The notes under the pieces: generated by a model
Seen by the model: the letters and a program-made list of their open reading frames with translations, nothing else
Told to the model about the DNA's origin: nothing
Database searches by the model: none
Part shown: positions 1 through 6,957 of the stretch, piece by piece
Layout of the letters: each line of letters begins with the position of its first letter
Numbering within the stretch: the first letter of the stretch is position 1
Assembly (NCBI GenBank): GCA_905235885.1
Contig: CAJONM010000130.1
Span: 1 to 28,662 of the forward strand
Direction: 5' to 3'
From: an uncultured Clostridia bacterium
GTDB lineage: Bacteria; Bacillota; Clostridia; UBA1381
Length of the DNA stretch: 28,662 nt
Program-made: the position numbers and the translations under genes

Positions 1-1
1 C

Positions 2-661
2 CTTACGGATGAAATGCCGGCAATAATAAATCACTGGATAGACGAGGGGATAAAGGTCGATGCGGTATATACCGGATATATAGGCGATGCGCGCCAGTTC
101 GATATTGTCAAAGATATGAAGAAAAAGCTGCTGTCAGAGGGCGGAATACTTATAGTAGATCCGGCAATGGCGGATTACGGAAAGCTGTATCCGGCTCTTA
201 ATAACGATATAGTCGAGGGTATGAAAACGATAGTCCGCCAAGCGGATATGATTTTGCCAAACCTTACGGAAGCCGCATTTTTGCTGGGTGAGGAGTATAA
301 AGAGAATTATACTGAGGATGAGATAAAGGAAATGCTCTTAAAGCTTGCGGATATGGGGCCGGAGCTTACGGTGCTTACGGGTGTGTCGTATGAGGCGGAT
401 AAGCTCGGCGCGGTCGCATATAAGAGATCGACGGGCGAGATCATAGAGTATTTCACAGAGCATGTCCCGAAGCATTATCACGGTACGGGCGATATATTCT
501 CAAGCGTCGTTATAGCCGCATACCTGAACGGCAATTCAATATATGACTCTCTCAAGGAAGCTTGCGAATTTATCGTAAGCTGCATCAAGGAAACGATGTC
601 CGATCCAACGCATTGGTATGGAGTTAAATTTGAGGATATATTGAATAAAAACAGGAAGTAA
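2..661 (+). CDS. pdxK: Pyridoxal/pyridoxine kinase (ribokinase/PfkB superfamily), 5'-truncated by the window edge
   Basis: Motifs DAVYTGYIG, VDPAMAD-GKLY, LPNLTEAAFLL and anion-hole GTGDIFSS. The frame stays open upstream of the ATG at 14 (LTDEM...), so the true start lies outside the window. Confidence 0.85.
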   Translation, partial: LTDEMPAIINHWIDEGIKVDAVYTGYIGDARQFDIVKDMKKKLLSEGGILIVDPAMADYGKLYPALNNDIVEGMKTIVRQADMILPNLTEAAFLLGEEYKENYTEDEIKEMLLKLADMGPELTVLTGVSYEADKLGAVAYKRSTGEIIEYFTEHVPKHYHGTGDIFSSVVIAAYLNGNSIYDSLKEACEFIVSCIKETMSDPTHWYGVKFEDILNKNRK

Positions 662-669
662 TAAAAGAG

Positions 670-693
670 TGGGTTGCCGATATCGGCAACCCA
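670..693. terminator. Probable bidirectional intrinsic terminator between convergent pdxK and the ADH gene
   Basis: Perfect 24-bp palindrome TGGGTTGCCGATATCGGCAACCCA with T-rich flanks on both strands (TTATGTTT on +, CTCTTTTA on -). Confidence 0.8.
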
Positions 694-699
694 TTATGT

Positions 700-1842
700 T
701 TAGTCGTACATATGCTCCATCAGCAGCATTACCTCAGCCTTTGACGGTACGCGCGGATTTGTAGCGGTGCATGAGTCGGCGATCGCCTTTTCAGCCATTT
801 GCTCTACCGCGTTCATGTATTCGCTCTTTTCCACTCCGCATTGCGATATGGAAAGAGGGATATTCATTTCCTTGTTCATAAACTGTATCCATCCGACAAG
901 CGCGCGGATGGTCGTTATTTCGTTAAAGTTATTAACGCCTAAAAGCTTTGCCACATTGCAGTATTTTTCAACGCATTTCGGATATTCCTTTTTGCTTTTG
1001 GAATGCTTGTTTATTCCAGAATTAAATTCTATTACATACGGCAGCGCGATCGCGTTTGCTCTGCCGTGCGGAATATGGAACCGCGCGCCTATGGCGTGCG
1101 CGATACCGTGGTTCAATCCCAGCGATGAGCTGTTGAATGCAAGACCGGCAAGGCAGGACGCTATGTGCATCTTTTGTCGTGCGTGTCTGTCATTATTGTC
1201 CAGAAACGAGCGCAGCAGGAATGTTCCGCATATCTCTATTGCCTTCTCCGCAAGCGCGGCGGAAAACTCGTTGTTGTTTATACTTACATACGACTCAATG
1301 GCGTGCGTTAGAACATCCATGCCGGTATCGGCTGTGACTGATGCAGGGACGCTCTTTACAAGCTCCGCGTCCAGGATCGCTTCCGTAGGCAGCATCGACT
1401 CGCTTACAAGAGGATATTTTATGTTATTTTCCGTGTCCGTCACTACCGCGAAGCTTGTTACCTCCGAGCCTGTGCCTGATGTTGTGGGGATCGCGATAAG
1501 CGCGATATCCTTGCCGTTTGCGCGTGTGGCAAATTCGCGTATCGACTTTGCCTGGTCTATCGCGCTGCCTCCGCCGATAGCAATTACCGCGTCGGGGTTA
1601 TAGTCAAGAAGTGCCTTGACTCCGAGCTGTATTTTTTCAAGCGGCGGATCGGGAACGACATCAAGAAAAATCGAAAAGTCTATATATGCCTGCTGTAATC
1701 TGTCGGTTACATGATGCAAAAGCCCGTTCTTTTCTATAAACGGATCGGTTATGATCATTATCCGCTTATATGGTATATCTGTCAGCCTGTCAAGAGAGTT
1801 TTCACCGAAATATATTTTTGTACGAATATCAAAGCTTTTCAT
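700..1842 (-). CDS. Iron-containing alcohol dehydrogenase, PduQ/1-propanol dehydrogenase-like
   Basis: AIGGGSAID, AIPTTSGTGSEVT, DVLTHAIE, HGIAH and IPHG metal/NAD motifs. The N-terminus (TKIYFGENSL, VVPDPP) resembles PduQ. SD AGGAG at about 1852-1856. Confidence 0.85.
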   Translation of the reverse strand: MKSFDIRTKIYFGENSLDRLTDIPYKRIMIITDPFIEKNGLLHHVTDRLQQAYIDFSIFLDVVPDPPLEKIQLGVKALLDYNPDAVIAIGGGSAIDQAKSIREFATRANGKDIALIAIPTTSGTGSEVTSFAVVTDTENNIKYPLVSESMLPTEAILDAELVKSVPASVTADTGMDVLTHAIESYVSINNNEFSAALAEKAIEICGTFLLRSFLDNNDRHARQKMHIASCLAGLAFNSSSLGLNHGIAHAIGARFHIPHGRANAIALPYVIEFNSGINKHSKSKKEYPKCVEKYCNVAKLLGVNNFNEITTIRALVGWIQFMNKEMNIPLSISQCGVEKSEYMNAVEQMAEKAIADSCTATNPRVPSKAEVMLLMEHMYD

Positions 1843-2827
1843 TACCTAAAATCTCCTCTATTTTGTCCAGCTCCTCCGGCGTAAGCTCCGGCGCGTCGAG
1901 TGCCGCGACATTTTCCGTTATCTGCTGAGGTTTTGACGCGCCTATTATAACGCTCGTCATCTTGCCACCGCGCAGATCCCAAAGAAGAGCCATTTGCGCT
2001 AATGACATACCGCGATCAACGGCTATTTCGTTCAGAGCCGCGATCTTGGCTATGGGAGCGTTGTTGACTCTGTCCGCAGTAAGGAAAACAGAAGATTTCC
2101 CGGCGCGTGAGTCGGCGGGGATGCCGTTTAAGTATCTGTTTGTCAGAAGCCCCTGTGCGAGCGGACAGAATGCTATCGAGCCGATGCCCTCGCTTTCCCA
2201 TACTTTCTGCAAGCCGTTTTCGATGCCGCGTTCAAACATATTGTATCTTTGCTGATGTATCAGCAGGGGAGTGCCCATATCGCGCAACAGCTTTGATATC
2301 TTCAGCGTTGCCTCCTCGCCGTAGTTGGATATGCCCACATACAGCGCTCTGCCGCTTTTTACTATATAGTCAAGTGCGGCTGCCGTTTCCTCCAAAGGCG
2401 TTTCGGGATCGGGGCGATGATGATAGAATATATCGAAATATTCAAGACCGGTACGCTTGAGACTCTGATCGCAGCTGGAAACGAGATATTTTCTCGATCC
2501 CCATTCTCCGTAAGGGCCATCCCACATCCAGTAGCCCGCCTTTGAGGATATGATAAGCTCGTCGCGATACGGAGCGAGCGACCGCGTCATTATCTTGCCG
2601 AAATTTTCCTCGGCACTGCCGGGGTACGGACCGTAATTATTGGCAATATCAAAATGTGTGATGCCAAGATCGAATGCGGTTGTCACCATATCGGTCATAT
2701 TATCAAAGCTGTCGGAGCTACCGAAGTTATGCCATAATCCGAGCGAGAGTGCACTCAGCTTCAGACCGCTTCTGCCGCAGCGGTTATATTTCATTTTTTT
2801 GTATCTTTCTTTGTCTGCTATATACAT
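1829..2827 (-). CDS. Aldo-keto reductase, YghZ/Gpr-like (L-glyceraldehyde-3-phosphate/methylglyoxal reductase)
   Basis: GRSGLK, LGLWHNFG, HFDIANNYGP, ISSKAGY and DIFYHHRPDP motifs. Start moved from the ORF-track 2869 to the ATG at 2827 because GGAGG lies at 2835-2839. Overlaps the ADH start by 14 nt. Confidence 0.88.
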   Translation of the reverse strand: MYIADKERYKKMKYNRCGRSGLKLSALSLGLWHNFGSSDSFDNMTDMVTTAFDLGITHFDIANNYGPYPGSAEENFGKIMTRSLAPYRDELIISSKAGYWMWDGPYGEWGSRKYLVSSCDQSLKRTGLEYFDIFYHHRPDPETPLEETAAALDYIVKSGRALYVGISNYGEEATLKISKLLRDMGTPLLIHQQRYNMFERGIENGLQKVWESEGIGSIAFCPLAQGLLTNRYLNGIPADSRAGKSSVFLTADRVNNAPIAKIAALNEIAVDRGMSLAQMALLWDLRGGKMTSVIIGASKPQQITENVAALDAPELTPEELDKIEEILGNEKL

Positions 2828-2859
2828 AGTGTGTCCTCCGTAATAGGCAATATATGTAA

Positions 2860-2888
2860 AGTATAACACAAAACAGAAAAAAATTCCA
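2860..2888 (-). promoter_or_regulatory. Candidate extended -10 promoter for the AKR-ADH pair
   Basis: Minus strand TG-T-TATACT (2860-2868). The -35 position (TGGAAT) is a poor match. Confidence 0.45.
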
Positions 2889-2906
2889 TAGGAAATTAAA
2901 AAAAAC

Positions 2907-2935
2907 TTGCAATAATCAAATATATATGTTACAAT
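2907..2935 (+). promoter_or_regulatory. Sigma-A type promoter of the small hypothetical gene
   Basis: TTGCAA (2907-2912), 17-bp spacer, TACAAT (2930-2935) with TGn extension. Confidence 0.75.
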
Positions 2936-2975
2936 AACTCAAAAAGATGTGAAAAAGGGAGTAGGTGTATATACA

Positions 2976-3272
2976 ATGGCAGTCAAAAAGAAAAAAGTCT
3001 TGACATATAACGGCAAACCGCTTATCAGGGATGGAAACAGGATATATTACGGAGATCTCGGTGAGGATCTCATACTGGTTCTTGACATTTTAGAGTCTGA
3101 AAAATCGGGTGATCTGGATGTATCAAAAAAGATACTTGTACAGGTAATGGACAATACCGGCGAGCTGGGTAAAGGACAGGTATACAGGAAAGCGACGAGA
3201 GACAACATCTATAAGGCACTCGACATAGGCGAATGGTGGCTTCAGGATGCGCTCAAGCAAGCGGAAAATTAA
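2976..3272 (+). CDS. Small hypothetical cytoplasmic protein (98 aa), monocistronic
   Basis: Fills the gap between divergent and convergent neighbours and has its own promoter and terminator. A purine-rich SD (GGGAGTAGGTG) favours the ATG at 2976 over the GTG at 2949. No recognisable catalytic motif. Confidence 0.75.
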   Translation: MAVKKKKVLTYNGKPLIRDGNRIYYGDLGEDLILVLDILESEKSGDLDVSKKILVQVMDNTGELGKGQVYRKATRDNIYKALDIGEWWLQDALKQAEN

Positions 3273-3279
3273 AAAACAT

Positions 3280-3316
3280 AGGGGATGTAAAAAACAACCA
3301 AGTTTTTATATCCCCT
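3280..3316. terminator. Bidirectional intrinsic terminator
   Basis: Arms AGGGGATGTAAAAAAC and GTTTTTATATCCCCT pair with one G-U and one bulge. T-tracts follow on both strands, between convergent genes. Confidence 0.8.
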
Positions 3317-3321
3317 TATTT

Positions 3322-4554
3322 TTATTCGTCTTTCTTATCAAGGTTTTGTATATAATCGTCTATCGCGTCCGCGACAAGCTTTGAGTAGCGGACGGCTTCA
3401 ACTACCGTTTTTGCACCGCTTACTACATCGCCGGAGGCGAATATCCCATCGCGCGTCGTCTCCCCGAACGAGTTTGTTACGAGCAGACCGCGATCGGTAA
3501 CATTAAGTCCGTCTGTTTTTGCCACAAGCGCGTTGTCGGCACCCTGGCTTATGGCTATAATAGTGCTGTCGGCAGGCTCAAGCCTTTCGGTGCCGGGGAT
3601 CCTTGAAAGATGCCCCTTGCCGTCACATTCCAGATCGGCAAATATACAGCCTTCGTCAACTATTTCCACCGGCTCGACATGAACCTTGAAATCAACGCCC
3701 TCCAGCTTTGCGTAATTTATCTCATGTTCACTGGCGGCGAAATAATCATGGCGCGAAAATACGGTCACTTTCTGTACACCGTGGCGAAGTGCAGTTCTTG
3801 CCACATCCATTGCCGAGTTGCCGGCGCCTATGATGTTGAGAGTTTCTCCGAGATGATACACATCGGGGTTGGTGAGATAATTTATGGCATAATGCACATT
3901 GCCCAAGGACTCACCCTTTATGCGGAGCGTATTCGGACGCCATACGCCGATGCCGATAAACACCGCAAGATAACCGTCGCGGAACAGATCCTCGATCGTT
4001 ATGCCGCCGCCTATCATTGTGTTCGGGCGGATCTTCACGCCGAGCGAGAGCAGCTTTTCGTTATATTTATCAAGTATGCTTTTTGGCAATCGAAATTCGG
4101 GGATCCCGTAGCGCAAAACACCGCCTATCTGATCCTTGCCCTCAAAGATAGTTATATCATAACCTCTCTGTGCGAGAATTATCGCAATTGATATTCCTGC
4201 CGGACCGGAGCCGATAATTGCAACCTTTTTTCCGTTTTTTTCTATATTTTTGAATTTAAGACGGTCAAAATAATATGTGGATATGTAATTTTCTATTACA
4301 GACGCATGAACGGGAGCGCCCTTGTTGATCCTTACACAATGTCCCTCGCATTGGTTTTCATGATTGCACACGAGAGAACATATCATTGACAGCGGATTGT
4401 TCTCAAAAAGCATCTGACCCGCTTGGTCTATATCACCCTTTAAAAGTGACTGGATCATATCGGGGATGGGAGTGTTTATCGGGCAGCCCTGCCTGCACAT
4501 CGGTTTTTTGCAGTTAAGACACCGCCTTGCTTCATCAATCACATGATATGCCAT
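3322..4554 (-). CDS. NAD(P)-dependent Fe-S flavoprotein of the GltD/NfnB/SudA/PreT family
   Basis: N-terminal CLNCKKPMCRQGCP and CSLVCNHENQCEGHC clusters, Rossmann GSGPAG and GAGNSAMD, YGIPEFRLPK, and FASGD near the C-terminus. SD GGAGGT at about 4563-4568. Confidence 0.85.
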   Translation of the reverse strand: MAYHVIDEARRCLNCKKPMCRQGCPINTPIPDMIQSLLKGDIDQAGQMLFENNPLSMICSLVCNHENQCEGHCVRINKGAPVHASVIENYISTYYFDRLKFKNIEKNGKKVAIIGSGPAGISIAIILAQRGYDITIFEGKDQIGGVLRYGIPEFRLPKSILDKYNEKLLSLGVKIRPNTMIGGGITIEDLFRDGYLAVFIGIGVWRPNTLRIKGESLGNVHYAINYLTNPDVYHLGETLNIIGAGNSAMDVARTALRHGVQKVTVFSRHDYFAASEHEINYAKLEGVDFKVHVEPVEIVDEGCIFADLECDGKGHLSRIPGTERLEPADSTIIAISQGADNALVAKTDGLNVTDRGLLVTNSFGETTRDGIFASGDVVSGAKTVVEAVRYSKLVADAIDDYIQNLDKKDE

Positions 4555-4590
4555 ATATATTTACCTCCAAAAGTATTTTTATCGTTCCGA

Positions 4591-5082
4591 TCAATACGGG
4601 ATATTGCTCCTTAGCAGCTGAGAAAGCTCTGATGCCGCTATAGGCTTTATTTTTGACTTATCGACCACCGATACATTTTCGCGGTTATGATATATATACA
4701 AATAGTCCTGCGTTTCCTTGAGCTTATACATCGAGCTGTATAGAAACTCGTCGCGCGATGCGGTACCGATCTCGATAAATCCGTCCTCGTAAAATTCATA
4801 TTTTGTTGTTATCTTGTTATCCTTCGCGGCTCTGTACGGGCGGCTGTAGGCATAGCGCGGCTTTACTATCAGTACGACCCCTGCGGCAAGCGGGATCGCT
4901 GCATACAGTATCTGCATATGCGCCGCGAGCGCGTATAATCCGAATAATACCGCAATCGCGCCTATGAGCGTTGTCGCTATTACGACGCCGCGCGTTTTTT
5001 CCTTATAGTACATACGGAAAAACTCCCTGTACATTTGAGGGTTTGTAGTTGTTTTTGCCGTTGCGATGAGTTTATCCGTCAT
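4591..5082 (-). CDS. YcxB-like membrane protein
   Basis: Two hydrophobic helices followed by a soluble tail (YEFYEDGF...ETQDYLYIY...VVDKSKI) resembling YcxB-family C-termini. SD GGGAG at 5091-5095. Confidence 0.6.
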   Translation of the reverse strand: MTDKLIATAKTTTNPQMYREFFRMYYKEKTRGVVIATTLIGAIAVLFGLYALAAHMQILYAAIPLAAGVVLIVKPRYAYSRPYRAAKDNKITTKYEFYEDGFIEIGTASRDEFLYSSMYKLKETQDYLYIYHNRENVSVVDKSKIKPIAASELSQLLRSNIPY

Positions 5083-5097
5083 TTTATCGTCTCCCGG

Positions 5098-5562
5098 TCA
5101 TCTGAATATTCCCAGATGCTTTATAAACGCGCCCAAAAGATCACCTATAAATCCCATGATCCCATATGCGAAAAATGCCAGTGAAAACGATACGAGCGGA
5201 TAATACAACAATCCCTTTTCGGGATCAAATTCGCTTGAATAATACATAAGCATCGAGATTGACGATAATATCGTTGCAATAAGACACATTTTCAGACTCC
5301 ACCCTTCGCGCACACCGTATATCAACATAACCGCGAATACTATCATCGGATTGAGATATACGGACAGAAGATTATCCATTATCTGTATGCCTGTTTTTCC
5401 GCAAGCAAGCAGCAACAGGGGCATAATGTGAAAAAGAAGGATGAGCGCAAGCACATACCATTTTACCGTCTGTTGCGAAAAGACGGCGCGTGGTATTATC
5501 CTGTTGTCGTTGTCCTCCCACTCCTTTGAATACTTGAGCAGATCGCGCTGTTTTTTGTTCAT
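5098..5562 (-). CDS. Hypothetical integral membrane protein (about 4 TM helices)
   Basis: Four hydrophobic segments. SD AGGAG (5571-5575) lies inside the end of hisF. Fits the operon spacing. Confidence 0.65.
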   Translation of the reverse strand: MNKKQRDLLKYSKEWEDNDNRIIPRAVFSQQTVKWYVLALILLFHIMPLLLLACGKTGIQIMDNLLSVYLNPMIVFAVMLIYGVREGWSLKMCLIATILSSISMLMYYSSEFDPEKGLLYYPLVSFSLAFFAYGIMGFIGDLLGAFIKHLGIFR

Positions 5563-5566
5563 GGTG

Positions 5567-6325
5567 TTATCTCCTGATACTCTCTCCGTTATCGGCGAGA
5601 TATTTCTTTAGATCGGCTATTTCTATTTCGCGGAAATGGAAAAGGCTTGCGGCTAAGACCGCATCCGCCTTACCGTCGCGGAACGCGTCAAGGAAATGTT
5701 CCATCGTCCCTGCGCCGCCGGATGCTATAACGGGTATGCCGACGCTTTCGGATACTGCGCGTGTAAGCTCCAGATCGTAGCCTGACTTTGTTCCGTCGCG
5801 ATCCATGCTTGTGAGCAATATCTCGCCTGCGCCAAGCTCTGCGGCGCGTCGCGCCCACGCGAGCGCGTCAATTCCGGTGTTTACCCTGCCGCCGTTGAGA
5901 TATGTTTCCCAACCGCCTTCGGGCTTGCGCTTTGCGTCTATCGCGACGACAACGCATTGTGACCCGAACCGCTTCGCCGCGTTGCTGATAAGCTGCGGAT
6001 TTTTTATCGCCGCGCTGTTTACGCTCACCTTGTCCGCGCCGGCATTGAGTATTGTCCTGAAATCATCGACAGTCCGTATGCCACCGCCGACCGTAAATGG
6101 TATAAACACACGCTTAGCAACGGCTTTTACCATATTTACGACTGTGCTGCGAGCATCGCTTGACGCGGTAATATCAAGAAACACAAGCTCATCCGCGCCT
6201 GCCTTGTCATACATCGCCGCGCATTCTACCGGATCTCCTGCATCAACAAGATCAACAAAATTAACGCCCTTTACAACTCTGCCGCGATCTACATCGAGAC
6301 AGGGGATGATCCTTTTTGCGTACAT
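5567..6325 (-). CDS. hisF: Imidazole glycerol phosphate synthase cyclase subunit
   Basis: [50 protein letters not shown] and IASGGAG. The ATG at 6325 sits 7 nt from the AGGAG that overlaps the hisH stop; the ATG at 6331 is only 1 nt from it. Confidence 0.97.
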   Translation of the reverse strand: MYAKRIIPCLDVDRGRVVKGVNFVDLVDAGDPVECAAMYDKAGADELVFLDITASSDARSTVVNMVKAVAKRVFIPFTVGGGIRTVDDFRTILNAGADKVSVNSAAIKNPQLISNAAKRFGSQCVVVAIDAKRKPEGGWETYLNGGRVNTGIDALAWARRAAELGAGEILLTSMDRDGTKSGYDLELTRAVSESVGIPVIASGGAGTMEHFLDAFRDGKADAVLAASLFHFREIEIADLKKYLADNGESIRR

Positions 6326-6335
6326 AGCCATTCTC

Positions 6336-6932
6336 CTACAATGCCAAAAATTTTTTCAGTATTCCCATGCCGACAACGCCGCTTTTTTCGGGGTGAAATT
6401 GCAGCGCGAACACATTGCCGTCCTCGACCGCTATATTGAGCCGTTCACCGTATTCGGTGTATGCCGAGACAATATCGCCGTCATGTGGCTGTATGTAATA
6501 CGAGTGAACGAAATATACGAATGAAGCGTCATCGGGCAGGATGCGGCTTTTTTTTGTAAGCATTATGCTGTTCCAGCCCATATGCGGTATCTTCAGCCCA
6601 TGCTCCGGTATTTTTTTGACGCTGCCCTTGAATATGCCGAGTCCTTCGGCGTTGGGACTTTCCTCGCTTCGCTCAAACAGAAGCTGCAAGCCCAGACATA
6701 TGCCTAAAAACGGCTTTGTGCCGTCCGCCGCACGGCGAACGACATCAATAAGCCCCTTTTCTTCAAGAGCCGCCATAGCATTGCCGAACGCTCCCACGCC
6801 CGGCAATATTATATGGCTTGCTGATAATATCTTATCCCTATCGCTCGTTATTTCCGATCTCGCGCCCAGATATTCGAGCGCGTTTGTGACGCTGTGCAGA
6901 TTTCCTGCGCCATAGTCTATTATCGCGACCAT
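6336..6932 (-). CDS. hisH: Imidazole glycerol phosphate synthase glutamine amidotransferase subunit
   Basis: [15 protein letters not shown], catalytic GICLG, PHMGWN, YFVHSY and QFHPEKS. Confidence 0.97.
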   Translation of the reverse strand: MVAIIDYGAGNLHSVTNALEYLGARSEITSDRDKILSASHIILPGVGAFGNAMAALEEKGLIDVVRRAADGTKPFLGICLGLQLLFERSEESPNAEGLGIFKGSVKKIPEHGLKIPHMGWNSIMLTKKSRILPDDASFVYFVHSYYIQPHDGDIVSAYTEYGERLNIAVEDGNVFALQFHPEKSGVVGMGILKKFLAL

Positions 6933-6957
6933 TTCCCGTGATGTCCCTTCATAAATA

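Noticed and set aside
767-1603. 278-aa plus-strand ORF antisense to the ADH
   Set aside because: It mirrors the ADH codons in register and has no SD or family motif, as expected for an antisense shadow.
3610-4191. 193-aa antisense ORF inside the GltD-like gene
   Set aside because: Fully contained in a well-supported gene, with no recognisable motif.
5805-6524. 239-aa antisense ORF across hisF/hisH
   Set aside because: A Ser/Ala/Thr-rich mirror of hisF with no independent support.
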